A DNA stretch of 64,000 nt, taken from NCBI GenBank assembly GCA_977017575.1, contig CDRNVI010000026.1, positions 248,001 through 312,000 of the forward strand, read 5' to 3'. Positions 1 through 12,392 of this stretch are shown here, piece after piece (the stretch's first letter is position 1; every line of letters begins with the position of its first letter). The translations under genes and the position numbers were made by a program. The notes under the pieces are model-generated. The model ran no database searches, had not been told where the DNA came from, and saw only the letters and a program-made list of their open reading frames with translations. This stretch comes from Paramoeba atlantica. Its lineage: Eukaryota > Protista > Discosea.

Positions 1-139
1 GCTGACCTAAGAACACTCGCAAACTGATATTATTAAGGATACATGTACTCTGACCCCCACTTAATTGTCATACCCTAACTACAATTGTCCGTTTTTTTTC
101 CTCGAAAAAGTGGTGACAAATAAGGGGGGAAAGTCACAG
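1..139. mobile_element. Right end of a TA-flanked TIR element (CTGTG-terminus family), continuing off-window
   Basis: 51-139 matches the reverse complement of 18965-19035 (TGACCCCC..CACTTAATTGTC..GAAAAAGTGGTGACAAATAAG..CACAG|TA). The same terminus occurs at 8742, 17139, 18965 and 40909. Confidence 0.5.
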
Positions 140-218
140 TACTATACGTCGTACTATACAATGATATACGTTTAATATCGTTCTCGTGTCTTTTGTGTTA
201 TCTACTCTACACTCTGTC

Positions 219-290
219 TGATGATTCTGCTTAACAAAGCATTTTATACTATGACATTCATGATAAACTTCGTCTTTCGCTCCTATCTGA
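219..290 (+). ncRNA. Box C/D snoRNA, U80/snR60-like (copy 1), predicted guide for LSU rRNA 2'-O-methyl-G in AUAGGGGCGAAAGAC
   Basis: 72 nt, starting with box C TGATGA and ending with box D CTGA, with internal ATGA/ATGATA (D'/C'). The guide GTCTTTCGCTCCTAT directly before box D forms 15 bp (one G-U) with the conserved LSU sequence AUAGGGGCGAAAGAC. The 3' end GTCTTTCGCTCCTATCTGA matches the recalled 3' end of human U80 and yeast snR60. Confidence 0.85.
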
Positions 291-502
291 TTTTTCGGTC
301 AAAGGGGCATATTTTTGTACCAAGTATTTTTTTCAATGAAATTTCTCCCCGACGAGTAGAAAAAAGTTCTTAAATATACAAAAACATTTTATCGTTCCTC
401 ATTAGTACTATCCAGAAATATTACGAATACTTGTATTGCGGGATTGCAATCACCTTTCACCTTCGCACAGTGCTGAAGTGTTTTTATACATTCTAGGAAG
501 GA

Positions 503-727
503 ATGTTCATCCCGTACCTCGATGGTATGAATTAATTCACTCAAATGTATCACACCCTTCGCAGTCAAAGCTCATATTAAATGTGATTTTAAGGGTGGTC
601 CAAACTTTCTTTGCATAACGGTTCCTTAGTAATGAAAGATTCCAATAAATTATCAGAAATTATTCAAATATTATAAAAATCGTTTTCAGTCAGTCGGAAG
701 AGTTGGTACAAAAATTTCCTTTTCACT
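503..727. repeat. Duplicated ~225 bp block (copy 1) next to the snoRNA
   Basis: Aligns with 1723-1796 plus 2850-3020, i.e. copy 2 split by the retro-insertion. Confidence 0.75.
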
Positions 728-1796
728 CAATTATCACACCAGTGGCAGAGAACTCGGGGAGGGGGGGGGTCGATGAATGGTGATCAAACGTGCAGTCCGT
801 GCAATGAACGATTGTTTTTTTGAAAAGGAGTGGAAAATGCGATTTTATCGCTCACTTACCTTGATTCTCAGGAAACCACCTTGTGGAGCGTCGAGATGTA
901 CAGAAACAGTACCTTTATCTGTAAAAGGAATAATTCCCTGTATGCATGTTTTTTCAGCGCAAAAACGGTTTTTTTTTGCAATTAATAGGGGGAGGGAGAA
1001 GTCTGGAACGCGGCATTGCCTCTATTTTTTTACCCAGTATTTGAACCATGGTCCATATTTGAAAACAAGCTACTACGTAAGGTATATAGAAACTATAAAA
1101 CCAACTTTGCCACTTCCCAACTTTCCCACCTCCCCTTACCCAACTTCCACCTTTCCAGAGAGGGTAAGGCTCGGAAGGAAGACGTCCTCCGGTCGGTTCA
1201 AGGCGCCCCCTGGACCCCTATTCCCAAGGCTTTTTTCACGTCTCCATGCTTACACGTGTATGTCCAGTGGGAAAGTGCGGTTCTCCTTGGGACATGTGAT
1301 TTCTTCCCCGTAGACCGGAACTCCCATATTGCATCATACAGGTAAGCCTGCAGAGATTTATATGGTGAAAACGCGCACAATACGCGTTTTTGTCACCTGT
1401 TTCTATTCAGCAGCACTGAGAATGTTCTCCTGCATCTAATTTTTGTCGTTGCGGTGTTGATACACTATGAAGCTCCCACTCAGAGCCTGCACGGTCATAT
1501 TGCGCCGGCACTCAGCCACCAGCTCATCATCACCCATAAATAGAGAGTTGAGAGTTCGCCCAGCACTACTTATTTTCCCTCTCGCTCCGACTTCGAAAAC
1601 GAGTAGGAAAGTGCGGGACAAGAACGGAATTCCGTTGGGTTGAAGGCGTGACCGGTACCTCTGGACGAACGCCTAGCTACTAGCCTCTTTCCGGTTCTAG
1701 GACAGCCAGCGTGCGCGTGTCCATGTTCATCTCATACGTCGATGGTGGGGTTTAATTCACTCAAATGTATCATACCCTTCGCAGTCAAAGCTCATA

Positions 1797-2177
1797 GGAA
1801 GCTAGTCCTAGTGGACGTGAAGATGGTAAACCCACTGGCCCCGTCCTACGTGGACAAGGAGGCAGCTGAGCCCTCCTTCACCGTGAGGCAGGCTGAGCAC
1901 CTCAAAAGGCGCACTCACGAGGAAATGGCGGGGGCCAGGGAGATGGATTTCTTCCCTTTGGCCTTCACCACGTACGGTGTCCCCGGCCCCGAGACCCTCC
2001 AGTTTCTAAATCTGGTCGCTCGGAAGGCCACCGGCGAGAAGAATGGTTGCCTCAGGCATTTTATCATGGCAATCGGGGTAGCCATCCAAAAGGGGAACGC
2101 CCAGATAGCGCATGCCGCGGTACAAAACTGGTACCGTAGGGGCGTGCGCAAATGGGCTCGGGGGTTGACAAAAAAAA
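1797..2177 (+). mobile_element. 5'-truncated CRE/SLACS-clade non-LTR retrotransposon 3' end (restriction-like endonuclease C-terminus)
   Basis: Translation KLVLVDVKMVNPLAPSY...AEHLKRRTH...FFPLAFTTYGVPGPETLQFL...AIGVAIQKGNAQI fits the D..V..P.A.SY / AE..K / F.P.AFET.G / ALQRGNA pattern of REL-type CRE-like elements. It ends in an A8 tract. Confidence 0.7.
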
Positions 2178-2213
2178 CTTTAACGATAAAGATACTGTTT
2201 CTGTACCTTATTG
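2176..2213 (+). other. Spliced-leader (mini-exon) sequence, retrocopied
   Basis: AACTTTAACGATAAAGATACTGTTTCTGTACCTTATTG. The last 23 nt are 20/23 identical to the recalled T. cruzi SL end GATACAGTTTCTGTACTATATTG, and the 5' AACT..AACG is also conserved. It is followed by a UTR rather than the GT of an SL RNA intron. Confidence 0.8.
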
Positions 2214-2252
2214 ATTTATTTCCTTTTTCTTCCCTACACCATCTTCCAGACC

Positions 2253-2699
2253 ATGGGAGGGCACCCCCCTCAAATACACACTTTCTTGTCGGCATCCCCC
2301 CTCCCTCTCTCGTCCCATCATCCGTCTGCGCCGTATCCCCCCACCTCGACCTTCCGTGTCAGCGCGCTTGTCGTTCTGTTGTTTTCCTCTCTTGCGTCCC
2401 CCACCCCCGTGCCAGCAGCCCAAAGTATTGTATACTTGCTCAAGGGGTGGGGGCAGAGGTCCAGACCGATGGGCTCGGGCGTCGTTTCTCCTTGTCCCCG
2501 CGTCCGTCCCGCCATGTCCCTCTTCCCGCTTTTTGCCCTCGGCGTGACGGCGGCTATGCGTTTCGTCTCCTCCAAGTCTCCCACCCTCGTACAGCAACTC
2601 AAAGTATCTTATACTGCTAACGGGGTGGGAGCGGAGGTCCTGGACCACATGGGCCACATGTGCGGACGAGCCGGTCAGTGGGGACGCGTCAGTCGGTAG
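2253..2699 (+). pseudogene. Processed retrocopy of a trans-spliced mRNA, 148-aa ORF of unknown function
   Basis: Order: SL, 39-nt pyrimidine-rich 5'UTR, ATG at 2253, TAG at 2697-2699, purine-rich 3'UTR, then an A-tract at 2845. Confidence 0.6.
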
Positions 2700-2849
2700 G
2701 GCGTAAGTGGGGGAAGGGAAGTGAGTGTGGTGAGGGGAAGGAAGTAGGGGAAGGAAGGAAGTAGGGTGAAAGGTTTTAAGTGGTGGAAAGTTCGAAACGT
2801 AGATATAAACATTAGAATCAATACTACTGCCCCTAATTATTCGCAAAAA

Positions 2850-3020
2850 AAAGCTCATACTGTTACACGAAATGTGATTCGAAAGGTGTTGCTAACTTTC
2901 TTTGCATAACGGTTCCTTCGTAATGAAAGATTCTAATACATTATTAGAATTTATTCCAATATTATAAAAATCGTTTTCATTCAGTCGGATGAGTTGGTAC
3001 AAAATATTCCATTTTCACAG
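2850..3020. repeat. Duplicated block copy 2, right part (left part 1723-1796)
   Basis: Matches ~570-727, e.g. AACTTTCTTTGCATAACGGTTCCTT(A/C)GTAATGAAAGATTC. Confidence 0.75.
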
Positions 3021-3159
3021 ATTTTTCTTTACATTTGCCGTGTTTGATATTTAAAGTTTTTATTCAGTTATTTTCAAATGGACTACAGTTATTTTACGAT
3101 TGTTGTGTATCTACTCTATGAGTTTGTACACTCAATACGACGCCGTACTACATACTATC

Positions 3160-3230
3160 TGATGATTCTGCCTAACAAAGCATTTTTATTATGAAACTCA
3201 TGATACATTTTGTCTTTCGCTCCTATCTGA
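3160..3230 (+). ncRNA. Box C/D snoRNA, U80/snR60-like (copy 2)
   Basis: TGATGA...GTCTTTCGCTCCTAT-CTGA, 71 nt. Confidence 0.85.
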
Positions 3231-3360
3231 TTTTTTAACCATTGTTCTCATATCGATTTACACTTGTCTTTACTTACATTGTACTATTCATTGGAGACTA
3301 TTCCTCTTTGTTGCGGTTTTTATGTTATCTATTATTAGACTTTTTAGACTCAATACTGCC

Positions 3361-3433
3361 TGATGATTCTGCCTGATAAAGCATTTTGTTTATTATGAAC
3401 CTCATGATACGTTCGTCTTTCGCTCCTATCTGA
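3361..3433 (+). ncRNA. Box C/D snoRNA, U80/snR60-like (copy 3)
   Basis: TGATGA...GTCTTTCGCTCCTAT-CTGA, 73 nt. Confidence 0.85.
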
Positions 3434-3658
3434 TCACCCGCGTACATTTTCGTTCCCTATTTTACCAGTAACACTAGTAACCCCACTAATTGGGGTTTCG
3501 TTTTCACTAGATTTTTATCAACCTTATTCAGATTATCAACCTTAATTCAGGCAGAATTAATGAAAGTGTAATTAAAAGAGGGAAAAGATCAAGCGCTTAA
3601 ATTCTATTCTAAAACAAGACGTTGCCATTTTGGTAAAAAAGCAGTATTCTATGTGTCT

Positions 3659-4879
3659 ATGTTGAATCTCGATGATTTGAAGGCCAATTTAAGGCGGCGC
3701 ATTGCAGTAGCACCACGCCAATCTCTTTTTAATCTAAAATCAACAGGAAAACACCAAAAGCGATTACATACCGAGTCGGTACAGTCATCTGAAGGTCACG
3801 TGAAAAGATCAGTCAATGTTCAAAAGTCTCACCAAATTTTTCCATCGAGTTCCGTATCTGACAGTGTTACTTCTACCATTCTTTCACAAGTCGAACTTCG
3901 CGTCAACGAAGAGAAATTTAGTTCGCACGGAGATAGACTGCGCACGTTTTTTCCTACAATGGAGACGGAAGAAATGGATGATGTTTCCGCTATTCATCCA
4001 CCAAAGGAAGAAACCATCCCCCCGTGTGTGCAACTCTTACGATCCGAAGAATTATCCGACGGTGAATCTTCCTCCTCTGACGAAAATATTCTATCTGATA
4101 CGGACATGGAGATCGTGCGGCGTCACAACACGTGGGTGCAATCCCAACAACAACTTTCGCATTCTCAATCCTCCTTACATTCGCCTCTTTATCCCTCCTC
4201 TCATCCCAACTCACAGAACACGCCCTTGGAACTTAGTAGTATGAACCCAGGAGCTGTACATTATGATGCTGACACCATCGCACCCTATTTAAAGACGGTC
4301 AAGACCTCAACCGCCCCTCCCTGCTCCCTTGTGGAGTGGGAAAACGAGGATGAGGAGGATGAGGCCATGCTCGGTGAGATGAGCCGCAGCCAGTCGTTTT
4401 CTACACAATATTCTGCGTATTTAGGTACGGTTCAAAGTCACCGTGGGTCATCTGCTCTTGATCCAATCTCCTCTGCTGCAGCAGCATCGGTTACCGATAT
4501 GATTCGCCCCATAAGCACAACTCGGGCAGAGTTAAAGCCAGTAAAACGTAAACCTCTGGTGGGACTTAACCCGAAGGCTCGGGATAAGCTTGATGTGATC
4601 AAGCGCATGACCTCGTTCGATACGGTTAAGGCAGGGGCGGTTGTATTTTCCACAAAGAAAACCGTTTCGCAGACAAAGACAACAAAAGATATGAAAACCC
4701 GTCAGAGCAACACGGAATCCCTGGTCGTGAGTTCCAAAATGGATGGGACAGTAGCGGCAAGCTACGAGCACGTGCGCAACACAACGCAGGGGGGTAGCCA
4801 GCCGCCTTCCGCGAATGAACTTAGTCAACAAGCCCTTTTGGATGCCTTTTCGGCAGTTCCAGAGAGGTTGAATCAGTAG
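3659..4879 (+). CDS. Hypothetical Ser/Thr/Gln-rich, probably disordered protein (~406 aa)
   Basis: Long ORF on the gene-cluster strand with acidic patches. No domain recognised. Confidence 0.7.
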   Translation: MLNLDDLKANLRRRIAVAPRQSLFNLKSTGKHQKRLHTESVQSSEGHVKRSVNVQKSHQIFPSSSVSDSVTSTILSQVELRVNEEKFSSHGDRLRTFFPTMETEEMDDVSAIHPPKEETIPPCVQLLRSEELSDGESSSSDENILSDTDMEIVRRHNTWVQSQQQLSHSQSSLHSPLYPSSHPNSQNTPLELSSMNPGAVHYDADTIAPYLKTVKTSTAPPCSLVEWENEDEEDEAMLGEMSRSQSFSTQYSAYLGTVQSHRGSSALDPISSAAAASVTDMIRPISTTRAELKPVKRKPLVGLNPKARDKLDVIKRMTSFDTVKAGAVVFSTKKTVSQTKTTKDMKTRQSNTESLVVSSKMDGTVAASYEHVRNTTQGGSQPPSANELSQQALLDAFSAVPERLNQ

Positions 4880-5180
4880 ATTTCGCACGCCTTTCAGATT
4901 GTTTCGCACGTCTGAAGTGTGTGTACATAGTGGGCCATCAAGATATGCGAATCAGTGCGTAGTAAACCGCCAAGATGTCATGATTCTTACGGTGCCAACG
5001 CTACGGTGAGTGATGTATACTTCGAAGCTGTACAAATGGCATCGTAGCTTCCTAAACATACTCTATGCACAATGTAAATATTATTCTTGTAAGACATTTT
5101 GCTCAGAGATGACCTTCATAAACCTTATTTTTTATCTGAAAGAAAATTCAACTCTACGTGACATACTTATCCGCTTTCTC

Positions 5181-5666
5181 ATGAGCTTTGCCACCGCCTT
5201 ATCTAGTTCGATACGTTCGAGCCGATGGGCCCACTGGTTCTACGCCCGGTGCGGTCGATGTCAGGAGCCGCAGCGCTTCGGGGTAGGTTACACTCCATGC
5301 CCTGATGTTGTTGTTTTCCACCAAGCAACACAGTGCAAGTACTACCACCGATTGCACGACATACACGCCGGTTCCAACGGGCGAGGACATAACCTATGGG
5401 ATCTTCGCAAATGTACCGCGTGCTCATCTTTGCATGGAGATTGGATCTACCTGGACGATATTCAATATTCGGATATTATGACGGAACGAAGGCAGAGGAA
5501 TGAGAAAAATCGCCTTGCCGAGGAAAATAAATCTGACAACGCACACTCCTCCTCTCATTGCACAAAGCACCCGAGTCATAAAACAATTGATCGGGCGAAA
5601 AATTTACAGAAGATGGAAAAACAATTAATGCGGCGTTATCCAATGAAACCGATTGTTGAAAACTGA
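5181..5666 (+). CDS. Hypothetical protein with putative Zn-binding Cys/His motifs (~161 aa)
   Basis: ATG at 5181 follows a pyrimidine-rich upstream region. Motifs CGRC, C..C..H..H and CTAC, then a charged C-terminus. Confidence 0.6.
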   Translation: MSFATALSSSIRSSRWAHWFYARCGRCQEPQRFGVGYTPCPDVVVFHQATQCKYYHRLHDIHAGSNGRGHNLWDLRKCTACSSLHGDWIYLDDIQYSDIMTERRQRNEKNRLAEENKSDNAHSSSHCTKHPSHKTIDRAKNLQKMEKQLMRRYPMKPIVEN

Positions 5667-6659
5667 GTGGTACGATCCACATCGTTCATGTACCGTTACC
5701 CCCCCCTTACTTATCCCGCATTTTGACCCCAAAATCAGTGATTTTGTAATAAGTAACGTACTTGGATAAGTAGCGTACCTGGATAAGTAGCGTACCTGAA
5801 AAATATTTCGACCTCAGCAGAGGAAACATGGGACGTTATCGGAATCCATTAGAGCGACGTGGAATCCGTTAGAGGAGCGAATAAACAGGACATCAACCTC
5901 TCGCTCACGAAGGAAGGAAAGAATTTCGATGAGCAGCATAGAGGTCAACCACCATCAAAGTTTGTCGTGGAGGATAGCGCGCATGGTCTAAGAACTCTAT
6001 TTGAAGCCATGTCAGAAGAAGGCCACCGTTTATCCACCCCGATGAAGTTGTTGTGGCAGTACGATGGTACTTTGCAGCTGCCGCGCTGAGTTCCCGAGAG
6101 ATGGGGACTGTGGAGGACCTCGCCTGCCAGATGAGATGGGGGGGCAACATTGTGTGGTCCCAAACGCCACCTCCGGTCTCATTAGCCGTGAGGATGACAG
6201 AGTTCCTCTGCGATCGACGTTCATCAGAGTCATCATCTCGAGAAAGTTTCGGACCCGCGCATCAGCATCTGTCTGAACGAGTTGAGTGCAACCGCTCATA
6301 TGGCGGCGACAAACGTTCGCAAATCGACAAAAGCGCTGCCAGAACTTTTGCTTCTCATTCTCTGTTAGTTGGCTGAAATGGTCAAATGTCCCAAAGTATT
6401 GGAACATCATGGATTTCGTGACCCACGACAAGGGCGCCACGCAAGACCGCAATCACGCGATAACCCTGAGTGTATAATTCCTGATTCTGAAGCAGAATAC
6501 ATGTAGATGGATTCCATAGGAGAGTCTGCAGATGGGCTAGGTTGGGGTTCAAAAAAACCTACACGAACCTACACGGATCTACACGAATTCACACAGACTT
6601 ACACAGAACCCCCTTTTTTCCGATTTCTAGTAGTTTTACCGTAGTTCATTTTTAAAAAA

Positions 6660-6776
6660 TTTCTTTTTTAGGCTCTTCGTTAAACGCGGTGATTGTTTTC
6701 AACTTAGAAGTCACTCATGCTGCGAGCTTCGCGTTGAAAACTACCTCCGCGTTTAACGAAGAGCCTAAAAAAGAAA
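6660..6776. repeat. Foldback/MITE-like inverted repeat
   Basis: Perfect 30-bp arms at 6660-6689 and 6747-6776, plus an inner 9-bp pair GTTTTCAAC/GTTGAAAAC. Confidence 0.85.
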
Positions 6777-7426
6777 AATTGGTTACGAAAGCCGAAAAAA
6801 ACGGAAGAATTTGAGCCAAAAATCGCCGATTTTTAAGTAAAAATAGGTGCTTTTTTGCGTATTTTTGCTCTGAGAGCGCTAAATTCGATATTTTCGTGTG
6901 GTACGACCATTATCATCATAAGCATTATTAGACTAATACTAGGATAAATTAGACAATACTAATTTAGTATTGTGCCTAAGCGGGTTTGTTCTTTCAGTTG
7001 TTATTATTTCGGCTGTTATTCAACTTATCATTCAAGTGACGTGTTTTAACTGAACCACTGTCCAGGTTAATATTCATATACCCTCGTATTATTCCTACCA
7101 GGAATATTAAGTGTCCCAATGGTGCTTAATATTCCTACCCTCCTCTCCCCGACACCGACCCTGTCTTTACTTGAGATCCACACAACTTTTTTTTCAATAA
7201 TCGAGGGTAGAGCGGTAATTATACAACCACCGCAATAATATCGTAATTAAATATACCACTTTACCTAAGTTGCCAAGTATAAAAGAGCGAAGATGGATGA
7301 ACACATACAAGTGCACTACAGATTCCTTTATGCTCGGGCCCAATTTTCCGCCTTTTTCAAACAAGAAATTTCTAAGATAAGCTACGAATTTTGTTATTGA
7401 TTCATTTTATATTAGTCTACATATTG

Positions 7427-8209
7427 ATGATTTTCGCTGTGAGTAGCGTGTTATTTCACACGCTAGGTCACCGCTTCTCTGGAAAGGATGTCAGCGACAT
7501 AATCCGACGTCCGGCTAAGGTATCTTCTTCGATACTTCCCGCCGAACATGATTTGATACGCCTTATTCAAGGTGTAAAAAATCCCGATCCCTCGTGGACT
7601 CCGGACACTCCTGCCTGCGATTGGGTCGGTGTCAGTTGCAACGATGCAGAAAAGGTGCGAGCAATACGCTGGGAATGGATGCAAAGTTTATATGGAACTC
7701 TGTCCCTGCGCTATTTACCGGTATCGCTTGTATCATTTTCAGTGGACCGAACGTTTAATTTGGCACATGAAAATAAACTTAGTGGGGAAATCGAATTAAC
7801 GAGCCTTCCAGCAGGTTTGACTGACTTCAACCTCAGCGAAAACCGATTTAATGGTAGTGTAGATCTTACCTCCTTGCCTGAAAATCTAACACACTTGTAT
7901 TTGAATGGCAATGACTTATGCGGAGAGGTTTGTCTGGATTATTTGCCCTTGAAATTGCAACATCTTAGCCTAAGTAAGAATCATTTTACCGGAACGCCCA
8001 TTTTAACCAAGCTACCTCCCGCATTGGTATCTCTCGGCTTGTCGCAGAACCAATTCGAGGGTCATATCAATTTGGACGCCCTGCCTTTAAGCTTAAAACA
8101 TTTATGGCTAGATGAGAATAAGGAGCTCTCAGGAACCTATAGTCTTAATATGCTTCCTAAGTGCATAAGTCTAACATGCACCTCAACCGGCCTCTCAAGG
8201 TGGAATTAG
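7427..8209 (+). CDS. LRR protein (23-aa repeat family), paralog 1
   Basis: RRPAKVSSSILPAEHDL N-motif, W..DTPACDWVGVSC cap, LP..L..L.L..N.F.G.I.L repeats. Confidence 0.85.
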   Translation: MIFAVSSVLFHTLGHRFSGKDVSDIIRRPAKVSSSILPAEHDLIRLIQGVKNPDPSWTPDTPACDWVGVSCNDAEKVRAIRWEWMQSLYGTLSLRYLPVSLVSFSVDRTFNLAHENKLSGEIELTSLPAGLTDFNLSENRFNGSVDLTSLPENLTHLYLNGNDLCGEVCLDYLPLKLQHLSLSKNHFTGTPILTKLPPALVSLGLSQNQFEGHINLDALPLSLKHLWLDENKELSGTYSLNMLPKCISLTCTSTGLSRWN

Positions 8210-8673
8210 CCCAAAGGAATTAACCGAATATAAAATGAGGGGCTGCGGGTGGATCGTCTGAATGTCTTGCCGCTCATGAAGAGTTAATCTTCGATATTTA
8301 GGCATATAAAGTGCGAGTTTCGATTAGAAAGAAAAGCTACTAATTATGATAAAAAATGTACCTCTTGGTGCACTGAGTATGACAATCCTATAAATTGTGG
8401 TACACTGCGTATGACAATTTGGTGCACTGACATTGACAATCCACCTATCTTTTCCGTTATGGAAACATACGGAATATAGCTCGTCATTTCGAAATTTGTT
8501 CACGAATTAATATTTCACATTTTTTTATTTTAGGGTATCTTTATTTCACAAAATTTTACGACCGCTGTACCCCATACACAGCAGTGGTGTAGAAACTCCA
8601 TTTACAGCGCTTAGGCACTCAAAATCACATGATAGAAAGAATTGCGCCGCGAAGCGGCGTGCTTTTTTTTTGA

Positions 8674-11187
<2,514 letters not shown>

Positions 11188-11530
11188 AGGGGGGAAGGTG
11201 AATAGGGTGGGGGGTCAAGTTAAATTTGTCTGTAAGGTGACAGGTGGGGCTGCGTACAGGTCGTTTATTCGTTGTTTTTGCTTCTTTTTTGGTTAGTAAC
11301 GTTGGGGGTTAAGAAAGCGTATTTGAAAAATATGGGAAAGTATTCAATTTTTGGCACATCATGGTGGACGGTGTCGTAACGTGTGTGTAAATGATGACCA
11401 CTGGATTTTGATTCGTGCACAAGTTGTACAGCGTTGCACTCAAAGAGTGCAATGAAGAGTCTCTTCATTCATGAGTAAAGATCAGGTATAAATACATTTG
11501 TTTACTTACTCTCTATCTTCCTCTAGTCAT

Positions 11531-11914
11531 ATGAAAGATGAATCTTTTTTTTGTGAAGAAGAAATCGCGGACAATATTTCGGAAATAGTTGGAACAACGC
11601 ATTTATTATCTGAGGAAGCCGCGGAGCTATATGAGCTCACTCTTCAGCATTATGCCGAGGAAATACTTAGCTCTGCTATAAATAAGATGCGGTCGGAGAG
11701 GAAGTCTTCGGGTACACAAACCCCAAAAGCAGTGCTTAACATACTAACGGACAATACTTTACGGGAAAATACGGATAAAGACTCCACGACTGGTGTTGTA
11801 CATGAGATGGAATGTACTCCTACGGCACAGGGCAAAGAATGCCTTACCATATCGCGCGAGGATGTTGTTCACTGTATTCGTACGTTCCAATCCAGTGCAG
11901 CAAAGACACGCTAA
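11531..11914 (+). CDS. Small protein with putative histone fold (TAF12/TAF13/SPT3-like pattern)
   Basis: Pattern EEIADNISEIVG - LLSEEAAELYELTLQHYAEEILSSAINKMRSERKSS - insertion - TISREDVVHCIR. Confidence 0.5.
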   Translation: MKDESFFCEEEIADNISEIVGTTHLLSEEAAELYELTLQHYAEEILSSAINKMRSERKSSGTQTPKAVLNILTDNTLRENTDKDSTTGVVHEMECTPTAQGKECLTISREDVVHCIRTFQSSAAKTR

Positions 11915-12392
11915 TGGTGCTCAATTCATGTTTTTAGCGTGAGAAATTGTATTCGATTATTTCTCATTGGTTTCTTTGCGTTGAACATTGTAGGTACCGC
12001 CAGGGGCACGTTGCTGTTGTTGCTGGTAACTTACTAAAGTATTACTAACTTACGAAGTTCTCTCTTGTTCTGTTCTTCACATTACTGTTGTAAGGTACAG
12101 CACAGGCAGCTGTCGTACAGTTCCCTTCTGGACTCGATTCAATTATAGAATTCACGTCCAACGACTTCTACACTTCCAGTCTAGGGAGCAAGTGACTTTG
12201 TCCCTGTAACAAATTTCCAGGAAGATACTCGCAACCTCACTGACAAATACCCTGTTTTTTGTTGAATAGTGTCGATGTTCGCGTTTGATGTACGTTATAC
12301 CCTTTGTCTTAAAGACTACTATTGCATTCACCATACGATTCCATGTGTTTTTCGTTCTTTCGTCTAACTCTCCTTCCGAACCGATACATGTA

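Larger units (their letters stand above)
1797..2849 (+). mobile_element. Chimeric non-LTR retro-insertion with 10-bp target-site duplication
   Basis: TSD AAAGCTCATA at 1787-1796 and 2850-2859. The empty site is visible in the paralogous block near 560-575. A-tracts at 2170-2177 and 2845-2852. Confidence 0.85.

Noticed and set aside
777-1621. ORFs between the duplicated blocks
   Set aside because: They are short, overlapping and without recognisable domains.
2176-2260. SL RNA gene
   Set aside because: No GT donor or SL intron follows the exon; a UTR and ATG follow instead.
1742-2620. 292-aa ORF in the track as a single gene
   Set aside because: It is a read-through across target DNA, the retroelement tail, the A-tract, the SL and an off-frame mRNA copy.
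3659-4879. Claspin/Mrc1-like identity
   Set aside because: Only a vague C-terminal resemblance within low-complexity sequence; not enough to name.
5828-6452. Overlapping short ORFs as a gene
   Set aside because: No continuous frame or recognisable motif on either strand.
8345-8440. snoRNA candidate with TGGTGCACTGA repeats
   Set aside because: No good box C and only a 9-nt possible rRNA match; better explained as a short degenerate tandem repeat.
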